DNA of 63,704 nt, counting the filler, from Choristocarpus tenellus KU-1152 (Eukaryota; Protista; Phaeophyceae), in NCBI GenBank assembly GCA_964200185.2. It is 9 parts of 9 records of this genome, joined end to end, with 100 filler letters (N's around TTAATTAATTAA, not from the genome) between each part and the next. Parts side by side here need not be neighbours in the genome. Positions count along the whole stretch, not along the records: positions 16,996 to 26,453 come from CAXNAD020003659.1; positions 26,554 to 30,355 come from CAXNAD020017838.1; positions 30,456 to 38,019 come from CAXNAD020005958.1; positions 38,120 to 42,209 come from CAXNAD020016275.1; 5 more parts are not named here. The stretch is one strand, 5' to 3'. Below the pieces are notes generated by a model. The model was given only the letters and a program-made list of their open reading frames with translations. It was not told the DNA's origin and ran no database searches. A program made the translations under genes and the position numbers. Position 1 is the first letter of the stretch. Each line of letters opens with the position of its first letter. Of this stretch, positions 24,001-38,399 are shown one piece after another.

Positions 24001-26416
24001 AAGTCTGAAAGTAGGTTGATTGTGATCGTGATTGAATTGTCTTTCTGCGCAGTCTGCTGATGAGGATCATGATTGAATTTTTCGAAATTTTGCGCGCGTT
24101 TCTGTCGTATTGTAATATCGGTACTGTGTGTACTGTAGTATCACGAGGTTCGTCCCACACAAGGTGTCCATATGGGATTAATATATATATAAAGACACCT
24201 TGTACAAGGTGTCACAAGGTGCAAAATGGCCACCCGTGATGTAACCTCCTACATTTCAAAATGGCAGTTTCGGTTTAGTCTGTCAAGTGCTCTCCGTACA
24301 CTGGATATAAACACAAATGTGTTGTGCTGCATAGTTCGTGTGTGGTGTCCTAAAGTTACCTCTCACAATTATGCCGTACAGACTGAACCGTGCAATCTGC
24401 TACAGTAGTACAGCATAGTAGTCCAGTACTGTACTGTACTGTACTACATCCAATCCTGCCGTATGACAATGATGTAAAGAACGACATAGTACAGTCAGTA
24501 CCTCTACAGTATGAAACTTTTGAAGGGATGGAAACGCACCCCGTACCTGCGGCAGGCTGAAAAAATGGTTTGGTCAAGAGTACGAGGGATATAAGTCACA
24601 GTAGGAGGTACTGTGTATTATTGACGTATCGTCGACATCGACGATTGACGTGTTGGACATATCGCAACCAAAGCCAGCCGTGAAGTATTCTAGCAGTCCA
24701 CCCCAAAACAATTCCAACAACAAGCAAGGAACCTACGTCGAAAACGATCACTCGGTTTAAGAGAAAAGCGCTCTTGCATATAAGAGAAAATCAGGATATA
24801 GGAGAGAGTTTTTCCACTTGGGGCTACTCTCTCCTATAATCAGTACACCCACTACTGTATCCATATTAATTAATTGTAAGGGACAGAACTTTAACATTTA
24901 GTGGCATGGCGCCATGCATGCATTTTGAAACGACCCATTTTTTCCCATTAACATCTGCGTAACCATGATACTACCCCTCCATACTGTGCCTGATCCTTGC
25001 ACACCATAATATCCACCCCTACATCAATTTCTTGTAGAGGTACAGTTACAACAAGCTTTTCGACAGTTTGGAGGGAAAGGCAAGGGTAAGTAAGACATTC
25101 GTGGGGACCTTGAACAAGCAACCTCATCGAGGTGATGTTCGTGGATAGTACTGCTGAGACACTATAGACACTACTGGTTGAGTAGATAATAGGATGGAGA
25201 GCCAGTGGTAGGTATACTGTATGTATTGACTCACTAATGTCTACTGATTTGTGTTACGTTTTAGATAAGCTTGTTATACTGAAGACAAGTAAGTGATTCA
25301 CAGTAAGTTAGTGTGGACCATTACAAACCCCACACTAAAGGACGAGTAATGGGTGCCGCCAGTTATGACCCCATGAGTTCAGTCAACGGAATTGAAACCA
25401 TAAGCCCCTTGTAACATTAACATTATATATTCACACCATCGAGCACTGTCCTCTACCAAGGCACACGACTGATCATCTTAACCGTGGGTTCAGTGTGGAA
25501 TACTTCAACACACTATAGCGAACCAATTATTCCTGGGATGTTGTGCTGAGTGATAAGGCGGGTGTTGCGTTATACCAGTATAACCTATATGACCACCAGC
25601 ACTACAAATATCACCAATCTCTCCTCGTTTGCTGGAAAGTAGGGAGAGGATTTCTTCGGTTTTGCGGTTCATGCTAAGGTCACCCTAGCTTTCTGTAGCT
25701 GCGACCTTGCGCTCCGTGACCCCAACATAATATGTGGGGGCTCCATTTGAACGTGGAGTGAAGACAGGCACATAAAACGGTAAATTCAACTACGCCAAGT
25801 TCAACGGCCAGGGCACAAGTGCCCCAGCAGCTACGGTAATACTAGGAGACGCTGTGGCAGTTGTATCGGCACCCAACCTCTCCAATCGTGGGCATGGATG
25901 ACGAACACCAGGGGATTTCACCCCTTGTTACAGGGAGGGCAAGTAGTAAAGGTGGGAGGGGCGAAGGACAGGGCCCCATCGTTTGATTTATGAGTAGCAA
26001 ATATAGCAATATGAAATACGATTGCCCGAACCTTTGTTGAACCAGGCACACCAATGCCGAGATTGAATGTGGAGGACTCAACGTAACGGCGGCAGGTGCG
26101 GCAGGTGCACAGGATGGGTCACGAATAGAGTGAATAGGCCCGGACTATTAGAGTCACGGAGAGGCCATGAAGATATTCTGTCTGGAGGGCTACGAAGGGA
26201 GTGCACCTGGTATATACCACAACTCCCTTTCCCCAATATGAATCCCAAGAGATTGAAGACATCAGCTCGGATTAGAAAGGGTAGAGGGCTTCATCAAGGC
26301 CTTATTTCGGCGATATTGAACTTTTGTCCTGTGACTGTCTTCGTTGAATGTGTTATTTTTGCATTTTGCTTGATGTGAATTTATTCCCTGAATGTCTTGG
26401 TATTTTAGTGCATAAT

Positions 26417-26453
26417 GACTCAAAGTATCTGGGGGGGGGGAGGGGGTCTACAC
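26417..26453. mobile_element. ~180-bp MITE family, truncated by spacer
   Basis: AAT|GACTCAAAGTATCTGGGGGGGGGGAGGGGGTCTACAC. Confidence 0.88.
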
Positions 26454-26553
26454 NNNNNNNNNNNNNNNNNNNNNNNNNNNNNNNNNNNNNNNNNNNNTTA
26501 ATTAATTAANNNNNNNNNNNNNNNNNNNNNNNNNNNNNNNNNNNNNNNNNNNN
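26454..26553. other. Artificial contig spacer
   Basis: 44 N + TTAATTAATTAA + 44 N. Confidence 0.98.
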
Positions 26554-27094
26554 GCGCGGTTTGACGGTCTTTCCCATCGTTCATACACACGTACAGGATT
26601 CGCAGTGTTAGAGCCTTAACTATCACATTTCCTTGTTGAGCACCAGAAATGGGCGTTGTCCGTGTTTCCTGGACGGGTGATATTTCTTTCATCAAGGCGC
26701 AAGGGCGAGGGAGGACAGGCTTGAGTTGATCGAAAATTGAGTTTATTTCTCGAATGAATGCAGACTAGGAGAAAGCCTTAATCAACTTTATACGTGCAAC
26801 CCCAAGTCCAGGATCAAAAGTGAATGTACGACATCTTGTAAGAAGCGGGGGTTACCAAACCACTAGTGTGCAAATAGTCTCAATCTCACCTCCTCTTCTT
26901 CCCTGGCGTCCTTGTTGATGACTACCTCCACCTGCTTTGTGACCTCTTTTCTAAGTAAAGGATTTAGTGGTATCGAAAAGTCTCCACAGCTGCCTTTGTT
27001 ACGATCGCTTTCTCCTCCACCTTGCGAACCCTTTCGACCTTCTTTCGGGCTTCAGAGCCCTTGTAGCCCAACTATAACACCTTTTTCGTTTCCT

Positions 27095-27632
27095 TTAGCC
27101 ACTCTGGCTTGCATAGCTTCCAAACCGGCAGGGCCTGCTGCAACTGTCAACTACTAAGATATGCAACACCCGGGTTTCGCTTAGGTGTTTCCTGGGCGCA
27201 ATGGCATGCAGTCGCATTGCTCTCTTCCTCAATCTTCCCTTCGGGCGGCCACCCCGGTTCTTCCTTCGCCTGCTGCGACCAGACTTGGTCACTGTACCAC
27301 CTGGAGATGGACTCACCGCTCTCTTCCTGCTTTCCTGAGGCGGCAGAGATTGCAGAGCAGTGCTCCGCACCGGTTGAAGATCCAACCACGTTTGTGTGGT
27401 AATGCTTTCAATGCATCTTCTCTCAGCGTCAGGGTCGCGGCCCTGTGATCCATTTCGCGATTCGATCATGCTGCTGTGCCACACTACTCGCACTATCTCG
27501 TCATCTAACATCGCACTGAGTGTCACACGGTACTTGCTTTTTGGCTGTCTCTCGACAGAGAAGGTGCCGAGGGTAGATCCAGGGGGCAGAGTGGCCTCGG
27601 CGGCTCTCCTTGTCTCACCGCTGTGGTTCATA
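27095..27632 (-). CDS. Hypothetical basic protein exon(s), function unknown
   Basis: Longest ORF in the window (218 aa, 27095-27751) in a GC-richer patch, with plausible start MNHSGETRR and NLS/AT-hook-like SRRRKNRGGRPKGRLRKR. No family recognised. Confidence 0.3.
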
Positions 27633-30355
27633 TTGGTGTGTAAGTCACGTGTGTGCGTGCTCGCAGAAAGTCTACAAAAGGCGTTAAAAAAGATGTCCCA
27701 ATAAAACATGTCTGGGGTTTTTGTTTGCTTTTTTTTTCGGTACAGCCCCACCAGCCAAACTTGGGCAGCGACCTATCCCGGACCAGTTTTCTGGAAGTAG
27801 TTCAGGCAACCACTTCATTTTAACCCTTTTTGAAGTCGTGACCTTCAAATTGCGCCGGAGATATTCCCCCTCGTTTTTTCCATTATTTGATCGAGGCATA
27901 CCTCCCTCTTGTCATATCCTTTCATTCGATATATATTGTTTATCTGTTGGGGCTACACGGTGAAAACAACCAGGAAAGCCACAGAGGGCGAAGCTACTGG
28001 TTTGGTCACTTTCTACCACAAATTTGTTGGACGAAGATCAAGGTAGAAACTTAGGGGCTGATCCATCAGAAGACTCGGGGGGATACAGAGTGGAGAGTGG
28101 CCGGAGTGCTGAACCCAATACGTGAAAAGTAAGAATCAAGTGGAATATATATAATTGATGCAGCCTTCTCATTGGTTCAAAAAATATTTGAATTTTGCCT
28201 AACCGAAACGTCAAAAGACTTACGTTTATAAATACTATAGTTCTGTTTAGTTTGGTGAAATTGAAATACTGCGTAGTGTAATCGTCCAATGAGAAGGTTG
28301 AATCCCTTGTAACACTTCCAATCCGATAAGATTTTGATTGTACATGTACAATATATGTAACGATCTTAACTTTCCCCCCTTAACCACCCGAACTAACACG
28401 TACATATTGCGACTGGATCTAGGCACTACCAATTTACCACTATAGGCATTTCACGTGTGCACTATGTATGTGCCGCACGAGTGCAATTTGCATTGTTCTA
28501 TAATAATAGTACAGCAACAGAGGTATTTGCAGGAAATGCATTACAATGTACATACAGGAAATTGGGAAGGGGTACAGTAATACCTGCAAGAAGAGTTAGG
28601 AACACAATATTTTTGTATCACATGAAGAAAAACAGTAGGCATGACACACACACACACACACACATTCATAGATAGTTACAGGAGAAAAGAAAAGAGGACT
28701 CACTCGGATTATTTTTTCGATTTTTGAAAGGAAAGTCCATTAGCTACCAAGAGTATAGTTAGTTGCAAGCACATGGAGCATTCCAGACAAGAAGGGATTT
28801 ATTTGACTCCCTTGAAAAACTCAACTCACGCAGTACATCTTATGTTGCCTTGACCAAAGGACAAGCGGAGCTGCTCAAAAACTGATCTTGTTCTCGAATG
28901 GTACCATCACAAATATGTGTCTGTGTACCTCCATCAATCTTGGGAGATCTTCCCATGTGGTGGTTTGAACACATCAAAGTTGAGACACACACACACACCT
29001 GCACTCAATGCGCAATGGGTCGCAATGTCAAGCTCGTGACATGATAACATATTCACCCCAACTATCTTGGTTTGTGTTTCATCCTCGGATAACTCCATGC
29101 CTTCACCGCAACAGGCGGCAGAAGTTCAAGGCCCCATGGCCCTCTGATTATTGCACAACTACCTGGCGTATGCTTGGGTTACTATCGCTGCGTCTGTCCT
29201 CCCTCAAGAAACACCTCTGTAGAACAAGCAGTCGATACAGCTCAAGTCTTCTTTCTATACCCTGAGTATTACCGGTACTTTTTCGCAACCTGCCCCTCCA
29301 AACCGTACACAACCAGAACAAAAAAAAAAGAGAGCACAAAGTACTCCAAAACAGTCTCTTACGTAAGAACAAAGTAAGCAATTCCACACCACCACGGGGC
29401 AGGCAGTGCGACTTCGCTTCTCCTCCATGACATTTGGTTGAATAGCAATGAAGAAGTATTTTTGGAGATCTGCGGCAACACAGGAGGTGAAAAAAACAAA
29501 AAAACACACACACACACACACATACACAAGCACAAACAGCTCCTCCAGGTCTTCAACACTCACCCTTCTTTGACACAGACTTCCAAAACAATCATGAAGA
29601 CACATCCGTAAATGGAGAGTAAATGGAGAGCTCTAAAACGCTCTACGCTACACTGTACGTACACCTTCCAAGCCCTCAAAGACCACCAGTTGCAACTGGC
29701 CTTGAAATGCCCAAGAACCACTCCAGTATCGGCATACCATCCATTTCAGTACAATTTAGGCTGGGGGATGCAGGGGGACTCCAGTGTACACGATGCAGTG
29801 ACTGTGCAGAACAACCTCAACCCTGTGATTTTACTGCAATGCGTGGTGGGCGCATCGCACAATCAGTACATGCAACACTAACACACACGCACACACACAC
29901 ACACACAAATAAATAAATAAATAATCAAGCAATTGTGCCTCACGTACAAACATTCAATGCATATGGCAACATGCAAAATGAGCACACAAGACACAGACAC
30001 AGACACAATATCACAGATACACAAGCACAGCTACAAAGCAAACTCAAAGATCAATGACCAATGGATAAAAAACACAGGCAAAAAAGCTTTTCTCCTCTCT
30101 TAACTACTCACCCCCCCCTCTCGCCCCCCCACCCCCCAAACAACCCACATACTTCATGTATGTCAGGCAACTTCTCTTTTCCGTGCTATTAACACCCTGG
30201 GGTATCGACTCCTCTCGAATCTTTTGATTCAATTCAAAACATTCTCATTACTTGCACCTGCTGCAGTACTTCCCACCTTCATGACGTTACCACCCTCAAT
30301 CCCTTCCCCCCCCCCCCCCCCACCCCCCCCCCCCCCCCCCCCCCCACCCCCCCCC

Positions 30356-30455
30356 NNNNNNNNNNNNNNNNNNNNNNNNNNNNNNNNNNNNNNNNNNNNT
30401 TAATTAATTAANNNNNNNNNNNNNNNNNNNNNNNNNNNNNNNNNNNNNNNNNNNN
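30356..30455. other. Artificial contig spacer
   Basis: 44 N + TTAATTAATTAA + 44 N, flanked by poly-C and poly-G runs. Confidence 0.98.
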
Positions 30456-30473
30456 GTGGGGGGGGCGGGGGGG

Positions 30474-30522
<49 letters not shown>

Positions 30523-30672
30523 CTACACCAGGGTGTCCATTCGGGCTCTGACCAGGAAAATTGCACTTATATTATCCATTTGATGCATGCAACCAAAACA
30601 CCCAAAAATCACCACATGGTAAAATGGGCCCCGAAAGGACAGCCGCCACCCCCCTTCCAGATACTTTGAGCC
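30456..30672. mobile_element. ~180-bp MITE family, left end lost in a poly-G run
   Basis: G-run then GTCTACACCAGGGTGTCCATT ... CCAGATACTTTGAGCC|ATT. Confidence 0.88.
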
Positions 30673-30975
30673 ATTGGTGTATAGATAGGAAAAGAGCATC
30701 CATCCATTTCGCACCCGCCCACTCCTTAGGCCTTCCCAGTACACTCCAACAGTCCTGTGGAATTATTCGGTAACAACATGCAATTGCCACCAACAGAAGA
30801 TTAACAATGGTCAACCTTTTTTTCCTCTCACTCTATCAAATGCTTATCTTGCCTCTAAATATGGATGACATAAATTCCATTTGGAGAATACAGCACACTT
30901 TCTTTAGCGTTCATGTCCCATTTACTGCCACATTCATCAACCAAACGCCTGACACACTCACCCCCTGCTTCCCAG

Positions 30976-33900
30976 CGGATATCCCTGTTCTCCTCATTAC
31001 AACCACTGGGGCTGATCCTGGGAAAGAAATGGAGGAACTGGCTGAGCGGATAATGGGTCGTGGAAGGTAGGAAGCGTCCAAGGAGAATTACTTGAAAAAA
31101 TAATCTCATACAAATTATAGAGTTTAGCCAAATGTCAACGTTGCTGTAAGTCGTTTCTTGTCTTCCCCACCTGCAATAGACAACTGATTTGTGCTGAAGC
31201 AACCTCACCCATCAATATAAACAAGTTAAGCAAAATACACCAATGTCAGCTTCATTTTCTTGCTTGGACTCTAGTGCCGTGAATATAATTGAAATTAAGG
31301 ACCTCTAACTAACATTTCTGTCATGTTTCGAAATCAAAAATCATATCTGGGATGACTTCTGTTGACAAGTGAAGGTATAGAGAGGTGGCCATGGGTGGTG
31401 GACAGCAAGAGGCAGCAGTTAATCTTATTCGGTCAGCAGCCCAGGTGGGGAACTGATCAGTATACAGTGGGTGGAGGGGGTTACCAGAAATATAGAGAGG
31501 TGCAGTGATAGGACAGATCAAGTCGTTATTGTACACGAGGAACAACTCTAACCGACAGAGAACTTGCAACATTTATCCAGGGTTATTGACAACTTTAAAG
31601 TAGAGAGGGGTGGAACTAATGGGGGAAGTGCTGTAATGGGTAGGGGTTACCATTATGATATAAGAGCTAGGCAGCTTATTTTATGATGTGGGTCTACCAT
31701 GCAGTGGTAGAATCATTTGCGATTGTAGCATATCTTGCCCTACTATGCTTCATTGCCTCAACTGCCCCTGTGTCCAGGATATAGAAACATGCCACACCCC
31801 CAATGGTTATGATATCTAACTTGTCTCAATGACACCTATACTGAGTGGTAACGGAGCCTGCCATAGTATATGAAATGGATATGCTTCAGAGTGAAATATA
31901 TCAACCTTATATTTTGGATATCTAGCGTTTGAGGGATCGATGAAGGTATTCAACAAAAAATAGTGAGGACAAACGCACAAGTTGAGCCTGGTTAGTTGTG
32001 ATTCAAAGAGTTTTTATTCATCCCCTGACCTCTAGAAGCATTTGCAGAGAGCACAATATATGGATATATATTTGTATGTACTCTTGTACTTAGAAGGGGT
32101 GGCGGTGGGAAACTTGTCCTACACATGCTCATTCCCCAACGTTTTTTTCTGAGAAAAAAATTAGCCTTGGCATTTGTACACAGACCTTCAGAAAAACTTT
32201 ACCCTTGGTGAAAGGTTTTTCAAATCCTCTCTTGGTGATTCAGGCAAGGTGATAGGAAGAGTTCTGGAGTTTCCTGGACATCATCAATCATGTGGAAAGT
32301 GTGAAAAAAGGATTAAATTTGAAATGGACTTTACCAAATCCATGACAAGAAGTTGCATGCTTCAGAAAAAAAAGGGTATGGTTCGGATATTCCCAGATAG
32401 TCGATGTTCTTGAACTTGAAGTCCACAGTCATTCCTTTCGTTATGTAAGTACTCAATGGGTTTGTGGATATGCCTAGATTATATAGAGAGTATTCGACAT
32501 CAATAGTTGTCCATCCTAACCCCTTCTCTCACCCTCACCTTCCCAACCTCTTCATATGTTGTCCACACACAAACTAAGGTTGGGGACTGGGTCTGCTTGA
32601 AAAACTTGCACCTTGTTATTTCCTGGCTTCCATCTCTTGAAAAGGAGCTCAGCTCACTCGAGCCTCATGACGACTTCCGTCTGTGGCTTACCACAGAACC
32701 TCATGATGACTTTCCTCCCCTACTGCTGCAGCAGAGTCTTAAGGTATATGTTTAACCATCAACAATGCAGACCTTGTTTGAGTCCAGACTTCGAATGAAA
32801 ATGTTTCTGATCAATGTGGAAGTGCTCTTGGGTACCTAGATATGTCTGGGTATTCTGCCGAGCTCAGTCTATTGCAGTGCTTTAGAAATGGCGACGATTG
32901 CTCAACACCTGCTATATCATGGCTTGAACTGTTAGTAGTGCTTTCCAATACATTGTAAGCAGGTAGGGATCAAGAAACGAAAAGATCTTTTCAACACCTA
33001 CACAAAAATGTTTGTGTCCGAAACTGTTTGGAGAAAAAATTATATTGTACCTTAAACAGCAATGAATACAATACTATAGAAAAATATCTAACATTGGGTT
33101 TAATGTCCATCTGCATCCCCCTAAAGAAATGTAGGGGCTACTACAGTAAATTCATTAGGGAACGTTTGCAAGTATAGCAGCAATAATTCATGGATTGTGG
33201 TATTGTACAGGGTTTTATTTGTTGGTCGATGCTGACTTCAAGGCATCAATCAGGGCTGGAGTCCTACAGTAGCAAGCACCGAAAATGACCCAGACATCAT
33301 AGAATATTTCCTAATATATTACTAGGCACTGGATCAACCAAGAAGGAAGAGTAGGAAGGACATACGGGATAGGAAATTTATACATATGTGCTTCGCTTGC
33401 CAGTTTTCCATTATCCATTTCAAGCTCGACATTATGCAATGGACCTACCACATGATACAATCACATGCATGCACTGCTGTAGGTGACTTTTGAATCCCCT
33501 CCGGGTCTAAAGAAGAACCTCCAGAGGACCTACAGCACATGGCCAGCATCAATGGTGAGATAGATTTGCCCTCATTCTCACTATACTATCATGTTTGTCC
33601 TCAACACAGTTTGATACCTGGTTGACTCTGCTTAAGTCATGAAGTCATGCCAGGTCAAACATAACATACGATTCAGACTAAAGCGTGCTCCAAGAGTATG
33701 CATGTGTGAATTACGATACACAACCGTACTTCTTCAAATACTGTGTTATGTACAGTTGTTCTTGGCTGTCCCAAACCATACCATGATTGATTTGTGCCGA
33801 ACATAACATATGATGATTGCCAACAACTTCCTCTGCACCAGTTCGCTGTTAGATTATTCTTCAAGATGCTCCAATATATCGCCCAACATGACTTTGAAGG

Positions 33901-36900
33901 ACAAACTTAAGGGTTCTCGATTTGATCACTACCTCTTCAGCACAGTGATGGTGGAGCCCACTTGATGTACTGAACTTTACAGTCCCCGTACCCTCCCACA
34001 GTAACCTCCCACCTAATCATTGCCATGGTTCGTTGTGTTTGCATGGCCTATTCCCAGCATTACATGCGGTCAAATGTGATTTGTCTTGCAGCAGTAGCAC
34101 AAAGGAGTTCATGCCTGTCCTACAGGAGAGGCATTGATATCAAGATATGTTAATCTGTCAGCATCAGACAAATGCCTTTATCCATCAAAGAGCTCACTCA
34201 TCCCTAACTCTCCAACATGAAAACCGATGCAAAAGGTCCAACTTTACCTCAACATTTGCACGTTATTTTTCCTTTTTTAAATATTGATAAAGGTGGAGGA
34301 GGGAGGGGAGGTGAAAGCACAGCTCCTCTTAGCCCTTGCATGGTTCCATGGCATTGTGCAGGAAAGGAGGGTGTTCAGACCACAGGGTTGGACCAAAGAC
34401 TATGAGTTCTCTGTGGGAGATTTGAGGTTCGAAAAATAGCTCAGGCAAACGTGGTGCCACATGCCGTTGCTACTGTATACCCACAACCTTATAGGCTTCA
34501 CTCTCAATGCCTCACCAACCCACTAGGACCTTGGCTATGTCATGAAGTCCCTCTAAGTTAGTTTCCCTTTCCAGTCTCACCATGCCAATCCCTGCCTCAG
34601 TGAGTCTGCCATGCCAGCAAAAAATGAATGCCTCTTTGTTGGTGGTCCCTGGCAACTTGCAAAAAATCTGCGATTACCGATGTGAAAAATACAAATGATG
34701 GAGGGGAACTATAACAGAGTGAGACTGTAGACAGTATGATGGAACTGTACGTTTCAGCTTGTTGTTCCTGCTACCTATATATATACCGCTCAAACAGCCA
34801 AAATGCCACAACGATTGCAACTCTGGTCATGTTTTTGTATCCCTCGATGCTGCTAGGACAGTTTGTATCAAACACAAGTTCCCTGCAGTGAAAGTCTCTC
34901 ATAGTGGGAAAAACGAAATGCCTCATTCATGATCCCTATTCTATGCTTCATACCCTGCATCTAATAACCAGCACTCTGACAAGAAGGGAAGCATGAAATC
35001 ACATGTAGAAAAAGAAATGAATATCTCAAAGGATATACTTTTCTTCTAAACAATCTGCTTCGAAGGTCGGTCGTTTACCACGTATATATGATCATATCAA
35101 GGAAAGACCTGTTGTTCAAGTGCAAAATGCTCATCCTGATGCCCTCCACTATTGTTTTCACAGGGCCGGAAGTATGGTGATGAGTGAAGCATGCAAATCA
35201 GGGCGTGTGGACTGGAGGACTGTGCGAGGCCTAATGGAAGATGCTGTGTATGGTGGGCGGGTGGATAACCCTCATGATATGCGTGTACTCACAGCTTACC
35301 TTCGACGCATGTTTAATTCTGATGTGGTGAGTTTGCTTGAAAATGGAGTTGGACGATTGTTGTGATTGCATCTCTTGTACTACATCTTTAGAGATAAATA
35401 GCCTTGAAGCTTGTTGAGGCAATCAAGAAACTGTTCAGTCAGGTTCTTGGTTGGACTTCAGTACAACAGTAGAGCAACGCTACAATTCAAGATGGGCTGT
35501 AAGAAACAGGGATGTACGGAGCAGGGTTTGGAGAGGGTATTATATAATCTGCAAGATGTGATGTTTCTATATTTGAGGAGTATTTTTCCTTCAACAACTC
35601 TTTGATCATATCCCATTAATCCAATCCATAGATTGTTTATCATACCAACATGTATAAAATATCAACATACACAAACACATTTTAAGCACAGGGTTGTGTT
35701 TCCTCTTCCTCTGAAACGACCCATGGCAAGTACACAATCTGATGATGAAATTCAATATAGTTGTCTCTGCCAGAATAGTACAGAGCGCATTTACCATTGC
35801 AAAAATCATGGGCCAACTCCAATGAATTGAAAGTTGAACAGTGCAATTCACCAGCTAATATGTGCTACGGAATTGTGCTAAGGGGGCACTGTCTTACGAG
35901 ATTGTTGCCACCCTATGCACCACATCTATATTGAGATCACGCGATATAAATCAAATTCGAGTCATGTTTGGAACAAAAAAGTCAGTATATTATATCAAAG
36001 TCAACTGCAATGCGCCCATCAAACTGGAGCAGGTCGGGGGAGCTGACAGGGGAGGGCAACTGGCCCAAGGCTTGATTGTCCCAGGCACCAAGAACCACTC
36101 AGACTACATTCATGCGGTACAGCAACTGCCTGACTTGGATCATGTGAGTGGTACGATGATGCTTACTGTTCTGAAAGAAAATGAGGGGTAGACTCAAAAT
36201 CAGAGCTCATCGCTTTTGTAACTGCGATCATAGTAAGAGAAGACAGCGGAGTACTTTAGAGTATTCCATAGGAGTAGGTACTCATCTACTCTCCTCTTCT
36301 CAGCTTCAGAGGGCCGAGATGCATATTTTTTGTTTCTTAGTTGAACTTGCATTTCCTATCAATATGAGCATGTATTGTCTAAAAAACATGTCTTGTGCAC
36401 TGTTGGTGTACCGATTTCCTTTGCCCCTATCAAACCCAGTAACTAACCTACCATATAGTCAGGACTACAAAGTACTCAAGGTACGTTTTTTAGTATTTTG
36501 AGATAGAATGTGTCCCATGGTAGTCAAGGTAAGTGCAGCAATATTATAATAATCTAGCCATACTTATTGTGAGCATGCACACTATGTGATGTAACATACA
36601 TTGTGAGCAAAATGGTCAATAGTATCTTAGTTGGGGGGGTGTTTAGCCCAGGTTGTCCGTTGGGGGCTTCATATGGGGTGTTGTAAGATACCCCAGTTTG
36701 ATGCCCGTTATTGTGGATGATTTTCTTTTTGGCCCAGGCAGGGGTGTGGAAAATGAAGGTGCATTCAGATGAACAAAAAAGTCCTTGCACCTGACACGTT
36801 CACCCAGATGACATGAATATCACCACAGGTTGACACAGGCCTCAAGTGGACACCTGAACCCCACTAGGATACTATGGGCCCTTATTTGAATAGGTTCAGA

Positions 36901-37806
36901 GCACAACAGTACTGTGACCCTACAAAATATCGTCAGCATGTTAACATATTGCAATGATGAATGGTGACATAACCCTTTTCTCAATCTCACGACCTTCTGA
37001 ACAATTTCTAAAAATACACAAAGCCATCAGCATTCGGTCTGCCAAATAACATTGAGCGGTCAGTGCAACGAGCAGCTTCATCTTCCATTCTCACTGGCCT
37101 CAGGCGGCTCAATGCTGCAACGGTCGAGGGTAGCAAGTTCAACCGTGAGATGTGAGGGCCACAATTTTTCTCTCTCACTAAACATTGACTCGATGTGCAG
37201 TCTGAGTGGTCCAGTAGAGTGCTAGTCTATAGGAGACAAATTTGTCCTTATGTGGAATGTACAACCAGGAAGATGGCACCCCAAAGAACGCTCTTCAGTC
37301 AAAATTACACCTCAGATATTTTTTTCAGCAGCTACGTGTTGAATGCAACTATTTGTTGAGACGAACTCCGTAGCATGTGGTGGTAATGCCAGAAAGTCCG
37401 CAACTAAATGGGACCAGTGCATGCAGTTGGAAAGAATAGTACTGTGAATAGCAATAGGTGAGTTGTTAAGAAGCGCTTAACCTGCCCCCAACACTAAATT
37501 CTATTCACTTCAGCCTCATCTATCCTCTTGCATTATTAATGACATAGGTGGCGATTACAGCTCAGCCCTATCCTGGAGGCCTGGGAAAAGCTTGCCTCCT
37601 CCATAGGCGCTGCAGGGGGAAAACAAACTGGGACCGGGTTTGGGGAATCAAGAATTGCTGGAAGTACAGTGGGAGAAAGGGAAGGCCGTCGCCGTTCTCG
37701 GGGGACGGCGGATCTTCAACCAGTGGATGCATTTGTTGCAATGGAAGAAGGATCAGCCACGGATCTGTGCCAGTTGGTTGGGACCTCCCTAGGAGGTGTC
37801 AAAAAG
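30976..37806 (+). CDS. DYNC2H1: Cytoplasmic dynein 2 (IFT dynein) heavy chain, partial: AAA6, lid and start of C-terminal domain; 9 exons
   Basis: In-frame GT-AG exons: 30976-31066 (PVLLITTTGADPGKEMEELA), 31375-31444 (YREVAMGGGQ), 32579-32743 (GDWVCLKNLHLVISWLPSLEK..FRLWLTTE..LLQQSLK), 33483-33554 (VTFESPPGLKKNLQRTY), 34293-34426 (LAWFHGIVQERR..QGWTKDYEFSVGDL), 35164-35326 (AVYGGRVDNPHD), 36033-36143, 37024-37151 (PSAFGLPNNIERSVQ), 37548-37806. KNLHL, QGWTK and GLPxNIERS point to the dynein-2 class. Confidence 0.93.
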
Positions 37807-37999
37807 GTGAGTGCATGAGAAGTGGAAGGGTGTTTGGGATTTGTTATGTGGGTAGATCCTTGCCACAGGAGTTATCAAAGTTGGAAGAGCTAGCTGAAAG
37901 GCTATGCATGTCGGGTTGAGGGAAAAACCTGGTGTGGAATTGAATTTGATGGGTAGAGTCAATGTCAGCTTCAGATTTTGATCTTGTTCGAGGGCTAGT

Positions 38000-38019
38000 G
38001 GATCAAAGTATCTGGGGGG
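38000..38019. mobile_element. ~180-bp MITE family TIR, truncated by spacer
   Basis: AGT|GGATCAAAGTATCTGGGGGG. Confidence 0.8.
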
Positions 38020-38119
38020 NNNNNNNNNNNNNNNNNNNNNNNNNNNNNNNNNNNNNNNNNNNNTTAATTAATTAANNNNNNNNNNNNNNNNNNNNNNNNN
38101 NNNNNNNNNNNNNNNNNNN
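38020..38119. other. Artificial contig spacer
   Basis: 44 N + TTAATTAATTAA + 44 N. Confidence 0.98.
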
Positions 38120-38399
38120 CCTGAATAAGTTTATCTTCATCTATCGGGTTTACTGAACAATTGCTGGCGGCTTGAGAGTGTTTATCTATTGGAACAATCT
38201 TATATGCCAGCAGGTCTACTTGGGCTACTAATGGCTTGGTGCATTCAGCATGATCTACAGCTCCATGTGTGCTGGAGGTATGGAGCTTCATTTAGAATGG
38301 GGGGGAACCTGAGGTACTGTTGTACCTGCACCCTCAGGCTGTGACAAGCAGACAGTGCATTGATTTTCATGTGATGGGTGAGTGATGGTCTAAAGATGT

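Noticed and set aside
28690-30300. Small exon-like blocks among CA microsatellites on the minus strand
   Set aside because: Splice-like signals are present but no consistent stop-free frame or recognisable protein could be assembled.
30301-30521. Long poly-C/poly-G tracts (also 46055-46083) as functional G-quadruplex elements
   Set aside because: They lie at or near contig ends next to the MITE G run; lengths are probably sequencing or assembly artefacts.
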